A stretch of 64,000 bases of DNA from Eledone cirrhosa (GCA_964016885.1 OZ024743.1:273606001-273670000); one strand, 5' to 3'; positions 46,073-62,428 are shown, counted from the first letter of the stretch. Numbers and translations are program-made. Notes: generated from the letters alone by a model not told the origin.

Positions 46073-46117
46073 GCTAACAATCGTTTCTTCCAAACCTTTG
46101 TTTGGATTCATCGGAGC
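46073..46117 (-). ncRNA. Decayed type I hammerhead
   Basis: GCT-CCGATGA-aTCCAAAC aaag GTTTGGAa-GAAA-CGATTG-TT-AGC. Confidence 0.55.
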
Positions 46118-46394
46118 ATTATCAATGTTTGTACATATAATTAACCTCATATCCAACTGAACAATCATATAGATACATATATATATTGATGTTGTGAGCA
46201 ACAGTTTCGTATTTACAGGGTGTAATGGATGCGACATATATTATACGAGTATTGTAAAAAAATTTCAAATTAAAATTAAAAGCACAGAGTGGAATACATG
46301 CGACAGATAATACAAGAAAATAGTCTCATAATTAAAGAGCCATTGAGAAAGAAGCATTGAGAAAGAATGAGTAGATTAGCAGTACATATGCAAA

Positions 46395-47010
46395 ACATCA
46401 AAGTTAATGTTGGTGTTCAGTGTGAGCAGGTCGTAGTGGATGACACCTTGTCAGTCCCATCAGACACTCGGTAGGGGCATGCGAGTGTGGAGTTGACCAT
46501 TTATTTGCGTTGCGCAGCATCCTCTTTATCAACTCACGATCTCTTGCACTGAACATTAATGTAAGGACACTATTTTCCATCACCATTGACAATAGAATAT
46601 AGCCTGTTGGTTGTGCGGTGGTTGTGCTACCGCCTGACATTCAGGATTACGGTCAATCAGATTGTGGGGCATCCATTGGTCCCGCTTGGATACCTTTCCT
46701 ATTGCGGGCACGTGATTGAGAATGGTTGTTTTTTATGCCCCAGCTATTTCAGGGAGTTGTTGTGCTTCGGCTTCCACCGACTGAGGCAATTGCTTTGCAT
46801 TGAAGTCGGATGGAAGTCCTGTGTGAAGTCGGTCTTCATGTCTCCTATGACCAGAACGGAAGCATGCAAAACCTCCCCTGGCACTTCCACCAGACATGAT
46901 GTGTGACCCAATAAATTCTTAATGCGACGAATCGATTCTGCTGCACTTAAGGCAGATTTGAAGTCATAAAGTAAACTGCCGGAATAAACGATTTAGATAG
47001 ATACATATCT
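46395..47010 (-). mobile_element. Mariner transposase pseudogene fragment
   Basis: LLYDFKSALSAAESIRRI, FRSG, GKVSKRDQWMPHNL (WVPHEL-like), IVNGDGK (first catalytic D), GVIHYDLL across frameshifts. Confidence 0.8.
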
Positions 47011-47161
47011 TTTCTCCTTTGAGGGCATGAAAATGCACATGGTGCACAGGAACGTCACTTCTTACATATGTGCATAAGCATACTCTTTAACATTTCCAGG
47101 AAACTCTACTAAAATACACTATTTTGTAAATTGACAGAATATATATATATATATATATATA

Positions 47162-49244
<2,083 letters not shown>

Positions 49245-52076
49245 CTTTAAGTCTTTTGGAAGCCTCGACAATGCAAATGGGTAAATCTCCGGGTAACAAG
49301 ATCCGGTGGTGGAGAGAGCGATGTAAGTGGGTGTACATTGAGATGCGTGGTGTGTATAAGATGTGTAAGATGTGTAGAAGAATGAAGGGAAGAGTATAAA
49401 GGATAAAATAACAATAACAACACAAGAAAGAGTTACCTTGGGAACGTCGAGCTGAAACTCCTACACCTCGGACCCAAGTTCGTCGTCTCACAACGTCTCG
49501 ATGACAGACTCAAACTCAACATCGAGGCGAACTTTTTTCGAGCCGCTTACCAACAGCGCCACAGAAAATAACAGCGCCCACGCAACCCACCCCAAGTTCC
49601 CCACTTACCACAAAACCCACCACCCCCGAACTCGACACTAAACTCATCAGGCTAAAACACTCCATCTCGGATATACTTCAGAAACGCACACACACACGCA
49701 CATACATGACCTCACCAAATCTCAACTCACCACTCTCTCCAACCGAAAATCGAAGGACCTCATCTATCTCTCCTCCGACAAGGGAAAAGAATTCTGCGTC
49801 ATCAGCAGAGAGGCCTACAACACCCTGGCCCTCCAACACCTTGACGATGACAACCTCTACTCCAAGGTCACGGGAATCATTCCAGCGCAGATAGAAGAAC
49901 ACATCAACGCTGCCTGGACGAACATCTGCGACCGGCGGAAGCTCCCGAAGAAGCTGAGATACAACCTCCTCACAAGGAACAACAGACTACCCGCCTTCTA
50001 CCACCTCGTGAAAACACACAAACAGGGACCCGACCTGAAGATCAGGCCCATCGTATCGAGCGTGGAGGGACCACTCTACAAAATTTCATGGCTCCTAGCC
50101 AGAATACTCAAACCCATCTTAGACACCTTGCCGGAACACCTTAACAGCTCCGAGGAGGTGTTGAAGCGCCTGCATCAAATGGATCCCGACACCAGAAGGA
50201 ATATCAGATATGCCTTCAGCCTTGATGTAGTCGCTCTCTACACCTCGGTCCCGGCACTCCCCGCCGTCAATATACTGATGGAACGCCTCCAATCCACCGA
50301 CCTACACTGCTTCGGGCTCACCACCACTGACATCCACCAACTCCTATCCATCGTCGTCGACAACACCTACTTGGGATTCCTTGACCAAACATACCAACAA
50401 ACCTCGGGATTGCCCATGGGATCAAGCCTATCAGGTGTGCTAGCGATCTCTTACAGGGACAACCTCAAACGCAAGGCACTCAACGTCTGCCGCCCCAACG
50501 CCGTAGCCTTTTTCTCAAGGTACGTGGACGATATCCTCATCCTCACATCTTCCCAAGACACGGCGAACAGAATCTATGAGACGTTCAACAACACGGACGA
50601 GAACATTGACTTCAGTATTGAACACCCCAACGAAAACGGGTCACTTGCCCTCCTCGACTTCCGAATCAACATCACGGAACAGGGAAGGATCCACTGCAAC
50701 TTCTACCGAAAGGCAGCCTGCAGGTACCTGTTCGTTCACTAGAAGTCCGCCTTCCCTAACAGTGCTAAAAGATGATACATCACGAACGAGATCGCGCGAA
50801 TCAAAAACAGATGCAGCGATCCCGCGAGTGTTGTCACTCATACCATGCGATTCCTCGAGGTGCTGGAGACGAACGGGTACCCTACCTCGATCACAGACAG
50901 AATAGGAGACACCAGACACAAGAGACAGATAGGCACCCAAGGCAAGTGCTTCCTTAAAATTCCACATCTGGGCGAGAATACCACCAATGCTATCCGCAAG
51001 GCTATACGGAGGGAGGGCTTCGACATCCACCTGGATCACTCGGCCCCTCCCTGCGAAGATGCTTCTCCAGGAAATCCGGGAAATCTACTGACGCATGCTC
51101 CCTCAGAGACTGCCCGATACGCCATGCGACTGTTGCCTACGCACATACGTCATGTATAAGATAGAATGTGACAGGTGCAACCAATACTACATAGGTAGCA
51201 CAATCCGACCTTTGCACATCCGTCTTTCAGGAAACACATAGACAAATGCGGAAACAAAGACGGAAGGCCCATTGTCACAATTCTAGCGACTGAAAGAAAC
51301 GTCGGCACGTTACATATCAAGGAAGCGCTTTTTATCAAACCCCTGCAACCACAAATAAACAACCGATCACAGAGAAGCGAAATGAGATGGCTGGTTTAAG
51401 TTAACAAACGATGCAGCAACACACAACACACGCACACACACACACACACACACAAACGAGACAACTGCACACACACACGCACACACACACAGTAACATTC
51501 CACCATACGAACATACTACACTGCCAATAGAGAGGAACAAGGCAACACACGCACACACACACCCACACTGAAGCGAGACAACAACACACGCATACACACA
51601 CACAGTAACATTTAACAAACAGGCAGAGAATGGACTGACAGCTAGCGCCACCCCACTCCCTCATTCGGCCGCCGACCTCTGCCCGACCGACCCCATTTCA
51701 CGCGCACGCGCGCTCTGCCGTATACCTCAGATATTCAAAACAACAAAAGGCGGAGGACGCGTTCGCACCTGTCCGACGGACAACCTTTTCCCCCACCCCG
51801 TTGATGGATGTGAATCCGAAATATATACGACTATTAAATCTCTCCCAAGGTAACTCTCTCTTGTGGTGTTATTTTTATTTTATCCTTTATACTCTTCCCT
51901 TCATTCCTCTACACATCCTATACACACCGCGCATCTCAACGTACACCCACTTACATCTCTCTCTCCACCACCGGATCTTGTTACCCGGAGATTTACCCAT
52001 TTGCATTGTCGAGGCTTCCAAACGACTTAGAGATATTTACTTATTATTCCACAATACTTCAAGCAAACTTCAATAT

Positions 52077-52080
<4 letters not shown>
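49245..52080 (+). mobile_element. Penelope-like retrotransposon, 5'-truncated, with inverted pLTR
   Basis: RT and GIY-YIG remnants; 49245-49444 is the reverse complement of about 51843-52030; (TA)n on both sides. Confidence 0.95.
49445..51400 (+). pseudogene. PLE reverse transcriptase + GIY-YIG endonuclease (stops and frameshifts)
   Basis: KTHK..IRPIVS, SLDVVALYTSVP, QTSGLPMGSSLS, RYVDDIL, LALLDF; MYKIECDRCNQYYIGST near 51152. Confidence 0.95.
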
Positions 52081-52160
<80 letters not shown>

Positions 52161-52239
52161 ATATATATAAATTTATATAAATATAGGAAAAATTTCAGGA
52201 TTCCGACGGCAGAAATCAAGATATATATATATATATATA

Positions 52240-52720
52240 TTTCTTCTCTCTTCTTCGTTGTCCATCGTAAACGATGATGACATCTTCTTTATTATTGTAC
52301 TCGTCTCCCGTGAGCACGACGGTGGCTGTGGAGGCCGATCCTTGACCTGCAGCTCCGGGGACAGTGGTGACAAGAGAAGTGACCGGAGTCAGACTGGCAA
52401 CTCCCGGAAGTTACCTCAACCTGTTACCTCCACTTCTCGCCCATCGCCGCATGGCTTTGGAAGTGCACGCTAAATAAGAAACCTGTGCAGGAAAGATTTA
52501 TTGTGGGAGGGCCAATGCACAGTAACGGTCCCACTCACTCGGCCGGTGGTACGGAGGGCCGTCACGACCGGGGACTTCCTTGGCTGCAGTAGATGGCCAC
52601 AACGGCTGTAGTTTTGCCGTGCACTAGCGCTCCACACCGCTTGCTGTCGCTGCCTTTGTGACCGTTGGGACGATTTTGTCCCTCTCCACTCATTCCGCCG
52701 GGTCCAAACGGTAAACGACA
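52240..52720 (-). mobile_element. RTE-BovB-like LINE 3' end or derivative
   Basis: FSCHHCPRSCRSRIGLHSHRRAH zinc finger followed by a CGATGGAC..GAAGAAGA tail. Confidence 0.7.
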
Positions 52721-52726
52721 TGCAAA

Positions 52727-53484
52727 TTACGGCTTAATTCGGGATGTTTGTTTACAAACACACTGAGCATTATAATAAATGTACGTACATATATATATGT
52801 GTGCATGTATGTATGTATATATATATATAAAAAAAAACATGAGAAGAAAGAAGAATACTGCGTGGTTGCACATGGGTTACATGTGACAAAAATAGTCCTT
52901 CGTCAGTGATTTTCCAACCATCATTGGTATTTCATCGCATTAAAAATCATATACCTCAGGTTGGTGCGAGCAATAACTAAAAAAAGTTACTGGGACCAGT
53001 AAATCGCGTAAAGCGAGGGGGACAAGTGAACAACATAGAAGGATAAAAGCAAACCAAAGAAAGGAAAATATATATACATACTACTGTACGTCTGTATACA
53101 TGTATGTATGTACGTATACATACTTATATTTAATAACAGACGTACAAAGAGTGAGAAATTAAATTTCGTTTCATTTTTTCCGTTTATCGTTTTCGGTACC
53201 CCGGCCGATTAATTCATTCGATATGCAAATTAGGCTGCTATGCCGTTAATATGCATAAGGAAAGTATATACTTTCAGACGTTCAACCATCTGGTATACGT
53301 TGCTGACGATAGCTAATGAGCTTTAAACTAGTACAGCGTTCCTTTGTCAGTGTTGAACAAATGAGCAACGATGGATGCTAAACACTGTACGGCTTAATTC
53401 GGGATGTTTGTTTACAAACACACCGAGCATTATAATAAATGTTCGGTGAATCCATACGTACATACATATATGTGTGCATGTATG

Positions 53485-53544
<60 letters not shown>

Positions 53545-53652
53545 GTACTGTACGTCTGTATACATGTATGTATATATGTACGTATACATACTTATATTTA
53601 AGTAACAGCCGTACTAAGAGTGAGAAATGAAATTTCGTTTCATTTTTTCCGT
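52727..53652 (+). mobile_element. 445-nt retrozyme family, diverged tandem copy, interrupted by a family D insertion (52829-53070)
   Basis: Hammerhead 53297-53339 ACGTTG-CTGACGA..TAAA-CTAG-TA-CAGCGT (G12 mutated). Confidence 0.8.
52895..52996 (-). ncRNA. Candidate permuted hammerhead, copy 3 (divergent subfamily)
   Basis: GGUAU-A-UGAUUUU..UGCGAU-GAA-AUACC..GGUUGG-AAAAUCA-CUGACGA-A-GGAC; hairpin CAGUAACU/AGUUAUUG. Confidence 0.7.
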
Positions 53653-53898
53653 TTAATTTGATTGATTATAAATGAAATTATTGCTGTCACGTGAACAAGT
53701 TCATTAAATTTCGCGCGCGTATTTGGGAATTTATTTTGTAGCCTTTTAGAAAATGTTATGACAAGCAAAAGAATGGTCAAGAGAAATTGATGGGAGAATT
53801 GTCTGGTTCAGTGAATATGGCTAGTTCGCTGGTGTGTCCGAGTTCAGATGTTCTATTGAAATAAAGAAAGTAGACATATGTATGCTTATTTGTGTGTT

Positions 53899-54030
<132 letters not shown>

Positions 54031-54416
54031 GGAAGATGATTCTATTGGTAGAAATCTGGGCGGGAGTTGTGTGTGTGGGGGGGGGGTCTTATGTGTGTGG
54101 GTGTATGGGTGTTATGTGTGTGTGGGAGTATGGTTAGCATGTTAAGATTAAGAGAATATATGTTTTGTGTGTGTGTGTGTGTGTGTGTGTGTAGGAAAAT
54201 GATTCCGTTAGTAGGAATAGTTTTGAATGAACATATTTTCCTTACTTATTCGTATGTGTTCTGTTGTATTGTCAGCGCAAACGTATGTTAAGGTTTATTT
54301 AGTTCGGGTTTTTATGTTCTAAAGTAGAAGGTGTTATGGTGTTGACATAATGTATATTAAACCATATATATATATATATATATAGTCAATTGCATGAACT
54401 CATAATCCTTTATTGG

Positions 54417-54470
54417 CTGCTATATATATTTCGATGATAGCCATTGAATCGCTATGACCTCATCAGGCAG
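54417..54470 (-). ncRNA. Canonical type I hammerhead in a ~150-bp insert between (TA)n tracts
   Basis: CTGC-CTGATGA-GGTcATAGC..GCTATcATC-GAAA-TATATA-TA-GCAG. Confidence 0.8.
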
Positions 54471-54530
54471 TTAGTTAGTTCTTAGATATGCCAGCTCTGT
54501 GTTTATAGTGTTGATGGTATCAGAGCCTTG

Positions 54531-54576
<46 letters not shown>

Positions 54577-55483
54577 AACTTTTTTGTACTTTTGAATGAT
54601 CTACATATGCTGTGTTATTTAGACGGCTTAGTTTTCTACTGACAATCCTTCTCTTTGACCCCTAGACATTCGGGAACTATATAACCGATTGGTCTAGCCT
54701 ATACGGTTAATATACATGTGTAATAACTTTGCCAGTTGGTTTTACAGTAACTAAAATAACATTGCTTCAGCTCTATCTTACAATAACCGAGATTTGCTTG
54801 TGCATAGTTTGCTTTATATGTCGTGCCTGTCTATATACTTGTTATACTCAGCTTTATCCTGTAATAACCCTAATTTCTTTGTGTATGGCTTGCACTTATG
54901 TGATACCTACCTATATGCTTGTGGGGCACCCATGGGCTACGTAATTCGGGTACCTACCAGTATACCTTGTATATATATATCATGGCGGGGATTCTGATTA
55001 TTGTGGTCTTTCTGGATGTAACGTAAGCACCTCCTAATGCTTATATAACTATAAGTCAAGGAGATCCTATTCACTCGTTTTATTAGGGACCAGCGCTTAA
55101 ATTCCTCTGGCTTCTTTATGAGCTTAATACATTTTTCTTCTTTCTGTTTTTCTTTCTTTCTTTTTTTAAAACATTTTTTTTTTATTTTTTACCTTTTTAC
55201 TTTTTATCTCTTTATATTATCTTCCTTTTATGTTTTATTTTATTATTATTTTTTATTATGTTTTAACCATTGCCTGTATTTTTTGCTTTTGTGTGCCATC
55301 AATTGTATCTGCATCTTGTGAAATCGTATTGTGCCTTGGCATTTAACTGTGGTGTTTCACAACCCTAACATGTACCCCTCCTTGTTCGCCATCTCCGATC
55401 TCCCTATCTTTACCCTCTATTGCATTCCGATTGTTCGTGTGACTAGGCTTTGTGGAGCTTATACTCAGCACTGTGTTTATTAA

Positions 55484-55528
55484 GCTCTGAGTACATCTAC
55501 CAAATGGTATGGATGAAACATTGTAAGC
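55484..55528 (+). ncRNA. Decayed hammerhead-like motif at the end of an AT-rich element (54575-55580)
   Basis: GCT-CTGAGTA-stem-GAAA-CATTG-TA-AGC. Confidence 0.4.
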
Positions 55529-55596
55529 AAATAAAAACTGTTTGAGTATGTAAGCGTTCTTTGGTTTCTTTTACACACAGACATATATATATATTC

Positions 55597-55918
55597 TAGG
55601 GCAGGTAAAATTCCCGAGATCCATGGACGAGTTCTCTCCAGCAGTCTCTGTCCCTCATTATCGCTGCCATGTCCTGCGTCTCCAATAGGGCATCAACATA
55701 CGTTAACTTTGGTCTTCCTCTTCCACTGTGTCCATGTAGGGGCTCCCACAGGAGCACTGAGTGAAATGTCAACTCTGGGTGTCGGTGAGCAAGTCCCGCT
55801 AACCACAGTCTCCTCTGTGTCACTTTTGAGCTGACTTTTAGGAGGCTCCCATACAGCTCTGAGTTTTTCATCCTCAGTGTATACTGATTAGTGTTCAGAG
55901 CCATCCTCAGCATTCTCG
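55597..55918 (-). mobile_element. RTE-clade LINE 3' fragment
   Basis: [46 protein letters not shown]. Confidence 0.85.
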
Positions 55919-56051
55919 TATATATATATATATATATATATATACATGTGGGTGTATATGTGTATGTATATATACATATGTATGTATAAACATGTGAATA
56001 TATATAATGCCAAATATACTATATATACATTCTTATATATATATATATATG

Positions 56052-56150
56052 TAGGGTGTCCTAAACATATATACATACTTTGATTACCTGTACAGGTAAT
56101 ATTTATTAGATTGCTGTTGAAGTATATATACATTTTTGAGGGACACCCTG
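56052..56150. mobile_element. Tc1/mariner-type MITE (~100 bp); partial second copy at 60942-61017
   Basis: TIRs (C/T)AGGGTGTCC / GGACACCCTG with TA flank. Confidence 0.7.
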
Positions 56151-56199
56151 TATATATATGCTTATATATATGTATATATGTATGCATATATCTACATGA

Positions 56200-56264
<65 letters not shown>

Positions 56265-56917
56265 TATATATATATATGTATATATACGTGTGTGTATGCG
56301 TGTGTGTAAACAACATGGAGAGTAAGTAGATTGTCCTACAACAGGAACGGACGAAGCACAGAACAATCAATAAAAATAAATCGATCAGAGTAGAGATCGA
56401 TAACTGAATTCTCATTAAAGTTACAACAAACAGAACATGGGTGAATAAGCAGTGGTATTAATATCGGTGTTTATGTTATTATCATTGTTCTTATTGTTGT
56501 TATTGTTATTATTGTTGATAGTGTTATTTTCATGCTGTTAATATACATGTACTTCATATGAATTAATTATAACTATTATTTTTTGTTTTTATTATTAGCT
56601 TTTGTAGTGGTGTTGGCGGTGGTGTTAGTGGTTGTCCTGATGACAGTTGTTATATAGTAGATAAATCATATGACGTCTACTAGAGAAGCAGAGTTTAGTT
56701 TTTCGTAGATGTTGCTTTCATCATGTTTCTCTACACGTTCTTTCTTACAACATATTTTCCTCTATATCTCTATATTTCTCTGTCTATCTGTCTTTGTGTT
56801 TCCCTATATTCCCTTCTCTTTCAACTACACACGTACATTAATGAATGCACACATACGTACACACACGCGTGCAGAAAAAAAAACAACCTCAGATTATTAG
56901 TCTACTAGGGATATATA

Positions 56918-57185
56918 ATCTCCTTATAATATATAACCAGCAATTTCTCTGTCTGTCTGCCCGACAGTGGAAACACGTGCGCGCGTGGTTGCTATCTCTC
57001 TCTCTCCAGCTATCCCTCTCTTTTAGTCTGTCTGTTTCTCTCACTCTCACTCTTTCTCTTTGTAACACACTAACATTCCTCCCCTCCATCGCTGTGACGA
57101 ACGGGGAGATGGAGGAGGAGGAGAGAGTCACTTCGTCACTTCACCTCTGTCTTTCTTTCTCTCCCCTCTCACTCCCTCATTACGT
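56918..57185 (+). mobile_element. Non-autonomous Helitron-like 5' portion
   Basis: TCTCCTTATAATATATAACCAGCAATTT..(CTGT)n..GACAGTGGAAACACGTGCG is shared with 62507 and 63807. Confidence 0.6.
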
Positions 57186-57195
57186 ACAGATATTA

Positions 57196-57390
57196 GGGCG
57201 GTAGATTGGCAGAATCTGTAGAGAGTCGGACACCATGCCTCATAGCATGGAGTTACGTCCCTTTACGGTCTGAGTTCAAATACCGCCGAGGTTAACTTTG
57301 CCTTTCATCCTCACGGGGTCGATAAAATAAAGTACCAGTAATGTACTAGTTAACTGCTGGCTTTGTGCCAAAAGTAGAAACAATTATTAG
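57196..57390 (+). mobile_element. SINE family A, full length
   Basis: A and B boxes, core and ATT tail. Confidence 0.9.
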
Positions 57391-57818
57391 AAACATTGCT
57401 TCATTTTTACATATCTAACCATTAGTAAAATAACTAATAATTTCAAAAGTAATTTTTCAATTCCAATTGTTATGAACAGCAAAACATTAATAATAATTTT
57501 ATTCTAAGAAATATATATACATTTCTGTGTGTGTAATATATATATATACACACAGAAATATAAATACATTTCTGTGTGTTTAATATATATATATATATAT
57601 ATACACACACAGAAATATATATATATACACACAGAAATATATATACATTTCTGTGTGTGTATTATATATATACACACATAAATATATATACATTTCTATG
57701 TCTGTAATATATATATATAAATATATATACATATATATATATATATTGGTTAATTTCAGAAGATCCCGTTAAGGGTAAAAGCAGCGATTCTTTGCTTAAA
57801 CTTTAATCTTTTATTTTA

Positions 57819-57856
<38 letters not shown>

Positions 57857-58060
57857 GAATAATCGAGTATCGAAAAATCGGCGCACGAGTTCACGATAAA
57901 CAAAATTCGAAATGAGCGATATATATATATATATATATATAAATAAATGTACGTATGTAATATATTAATAATATATATATAATGTATGTATATATAATAT
58001 ATAATATATATATATATGTTAGTAAATACGAAGAAATATACTATTCCACACACATATAAT

Positions 58061-59017
58061 ACTAGACATGAAAAATGCGCAAGCTCAAAAGTGCCACAGA
58101 ATGTTATAATAAACCTTCAAAAGTGTGGGACTAGAGTTGTTGCTAAAAAATATTGTAATCATTATATATCGTACATTCTGTGGCATCCTTTATAAAAATA
58201 GCTTAAACCAACGAAGCCTTTATTTTTACGCTATTTCACTTAGTTAATTCTTAGAGTGTAACATATAAAAATATGATTTACAACTATAAAATAAATTAAT
58301 TAATATAATAACAGAGCTGCGGAGCTGAAATTTAGGAAATAATGGAGTATCGGATCCTGAGTTGGAGCCAGTCAATTTTTGACCGACTCCGCAGCCCTGT
58401 ATAATACATTTCATATTAAAGTTATTAATAAACCTATTTTACACTTCATGCAAATTACCACGAGATATTGATATTAGATATAAGATACAGCGCAATATCT
58501 ACAGCTGTAAAAGTACGAAAGCGAAGTAATAATAAGTGGCTTAAGGTAATTCCAATATGAAAGTTTGTAGTGATAAAAATTTGATAATGCAATACGATTG
58601 TTAATATTATAGTTCTATGAAAATGTAACAATAGATAACTAAATTATTTTACTATTAGTATATTTAAGAAATTACCATTATAGATTTGATCGTTCATATA
58701 AGCATCATATTAAGTTTCAACACAATTATTTTGTTACTATGAGTATATGATAATAATATTACGTAATTATTTATAGCTGTTATTACATTAAACATAGATG
58801 TATTTATTTTTATATGTTACACTCTAAGAATTAACTAAGTGAAATAGCGTAAAAATAAAGGCTTCGTTGGTTTAAGCTATTTTTATAAAGGATGCCACAG
58901 AATGTACGATATATAATGATTACAATATTTTTTAGCAACAACTCTAGTCCCACACTTTTGAAGGTTTATTATAACATTCTGTGGCACTTTTGAGCTTGCG
59001 CATTTTTCATGTCTAGT
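58061..59017. repeat. ~213-bp near-perfect inverted repeat (58061-58273 / 58805-59017)
   Basis: Direct reverse-complement comparison; the spacer contains a GCTGCGGAG..CTCCGCAGC MITE-like remnant (58312-58399). Confidence 0.85.
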
Positions 59018-59569
59018 TTAATATTTTTTTAAGGCAACGCTTGTAATAACTCTAGTTAAACAGGATATATATTAATAATAAATTATCGTTGTAATGTAAT
59101 TAGATTATGTAATTGTTATTATAAATTATCTTATAAATATTAGTGTAAGATGTATAAAAATATTTTCAGACTTTTAATATAAACAACTACAAAAAACAAT
59201 CAATATTAAATCACTATATTATACATAATAGAAAACATAAAATATACAATACAAAAACAAAATATTTACATACATTTGCAATTATCAGTGTATATACATT
59301 TTCTTTATATTCCCTGAGCAAATTAATAAGATTTGTTTTTATTGTACATAATTTGATGACTTGTTGGAGTGTATTAAAAGATAGCAACAATTTGTGATTA
59401 AATTGTTATCTTAAGCAACTCACTTTTTAATAGTTGTTGGCTGAGCGAAATTGTAAAAGCCTATGAGCAAATATAAAAAAAAATACACAAACAACATTTC
59501 CTTGTGTTATTACAACATTAGATAAAATAATTGAGCAATGTCGTTATATTTTGCTCTTATTGCACATTA

Positions 59570-59740
59570 ATAGTGTTTCTATTTTTCGGCACAAATCCAT
59601 TACGGCAGTCCATTACTGGTACTTTATTTTATCGAATTAGTAAGTATGAAAGTCGAAGTTAACCTCGGCAGGATTTGAACTTAGAATGCAAAGGACCATA
59701 ACAATACTGCAAAGCATGGTGTCTGACGCTCTACCAATAC
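59570..59740 (-). mobile_element. SINE family A, decayed
   Basis: Core and B box similarity. Confidence 0.75.
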
Positions 59741-62397
59741 TTGTGTTGAGCTGGTCATTAATTTATGGTGGTCGTGCGTGAAGTAGAGCAATCGCTAGTT
59801 GAAATATTATGAACAAAACATTTTTATTTGCCGAAGAACATATTTTCAATACTGTTTGTGAATGTGACGAAGGAAATACATTCTGATATGGAACAGTGTA
59901 CAAAGTGTGTCTGTGAATAACATAATGTTACCTCATGTTGTTGTCAAGACATAATGGATTTCGTTTATCCAGTTAGAAGATGAAACCTAGCCATCTCGGA
60001 TTAGTTATATTTCATGCCATGTGTAAACGTGTTTGAGGATAGCAAAATATGCGCGTTAATTATAATAATTAGTTAATAATATTACAAAATATACCTAATT
60101 AAACTCTTTGCTTGAAATGTTATCATTCTTCGTTTATATATATATATATAGAGAGAGAGAGAGATTTATCTAGTCCTTCGCTCAAGATTAATCTATAAGT
60201 TTAGATGTTTGCCTTCGTTTAAGTAAATATTACAGTAAGATTTTTAATATAAACAACTACAAAAAACAATTAATATTAAAACGAAAAAATTATCAATGAT
60301 AAAAGAAGCGGATGCAACTTTTTTTTTTATAAAGTTATATTCCTGTTTCTTTAAAGAACATTTCATTTTTGTTCTATTGTAGGCGAAATAATGCAATGGT
60401 TTAATAGGGAAGATATAACTTACGAATTATGTCTCTAACCGTGTAACGCTTTTTAAGTAGATAACTACAATTGAAAATACTAAAGAAATGGAACCAACAA
60501 TTCAATTTGAAAGTCGTCTAGTGACAGTGTATTACTGGTACTTTATTTTATCGACCCCGTAACGATGAAAGGCAAAAATGCAAATGCTTAAAATTTAAAT
60601 TGCCTTAATTCTATCGTCTGCTGTTTCATTAAAGGGAGATTATCGTGTGTATTTAATTCTATCGTCTACTGTTCCACTAAACAGATATACCTCCACTATC
60701 GTCTCTATTTATACATTTTAACTTATAACTTATACACATTTGATTTGAAATATTTTATCTAGTCCCCCCTCTCAATATTATGATGATTTCTTTCGAATGA
60801 AACAGTTCTAGTCCTGTAGAAGCCATTTATATATATATAATTGAACTGAGTTAAAAATTCACAATATTTATAATTAAATAAGCTCATATATATATGTGTG
60901 TATTTATCTGTTTATTGTATTATATATAATGTGTGTATATACAGGATGTCCCCCAAAAATATATACACACTTCAACAGCATTCTAATAACTATTGCCTGT
61001 ACAGGTAATCAAAGTGTCAATCGAATGTTAGTTTCGTGTTTTAACAGTACAAATTTACAATACACACATAAAACCAGTGTATATACATACATGAATGTGT
61101 ATACACATACATGAATGTGTATATACAATATATATGTATATATATATAGACACATATATTCACGGTGCAACGGTACATTAAAATATAGATGCGGGAGAGG
61201 GGGGTGTATATATAGGGGCGCTGGGGATAAAGGAGTGTAAAGCGTGTGTAATTGATATATTGAAGGAGAGGAGCGTGCAGCGATAGAGTAACAAATATAT
61301 AGAGAGGGGGAGAGATGGTATTGAAGGGGAGGAGTGCAAAGCGAAAGAGTAAGAGATATATATAGAGACGGAACAGATAGAGAGAAACAGCCGTAAGTAA
61401 CAGTGGAAGAGATATAGAGAGAGGTACTCTGATTGGTTGAAAATTAGCCAATGACATACGATCACCACCACCACGGCTATCCCCGAAACATTTTTAAAGA
61501 AGCTAGGCATATATGTTAGAACACGAAAAGTGAACATTCTGTGTTTCACACTTTTCGTGTTCTAACAGATATATGTTATCTCGTCGACCACCGATTCCAA
61601 CAACCAGCGTTCTAGGACAGCACGTGACACATGCGTTCCCAGCCATGGCACGCGCGACCTTGGAGTAATTACCATGGAGATCTAGCCAGACACAGCCGAG
61701 TTCTTTGAATTTACAGACGACAACTTTAAGGCTGGCTTTTGCTGTTTTGACCAACTCACTTGGTGTGAGCATATAATATATATATATATGTGTGTGTATG
61801 TTATATGCGTGTGTGTGTGTGTTATATGTGTGGGTATGCGTGTGTGTGTATTATATGTGTGTATGTCATATGTGTGTGTATGCGTGTGTGTATGTGTGTG
61901 CGTTTTTGTTGTATATGTGCGTGTGTGTGTTATATGTGTGTGTGTATGTGTGTGCGTGTGTGTGTTTTATATATGGGTGTGTGTTATATGTGTGTGTGTG
62001 TATATATAATATATATATATATATATAATATATATTTATATATATATTATATATATATATTATATATGTATATTATGTGTGTCTCTATATATATATAGAT
62101 ATATATAGGTTTAAGTGTGTATGTGCGTGTGTATGTGTGTGTTAGCGTGTGTGTATATGTCCGTATGTATGAGTGTGTGTACGGTATGTGTGTGTTAGCT
62201 TATGTGTCTGTATGCGTGTGTGTCTGTCTGTGCGTGTGTGTATATGTGTAACTGTTTGTGTGTGTGTACAGGAATTCATAAGTTTCCTAAAATATGTCTG
62301 TATGCTTAATTTTTCTTAAAAATTATAAACTGGTTCTTCCTGTCAGAGATAATAATCTGATTTGAGAATAATGCATCTCAAAATATGAACATGGGTG

Positions 62398-62428
<31 letters not shown>

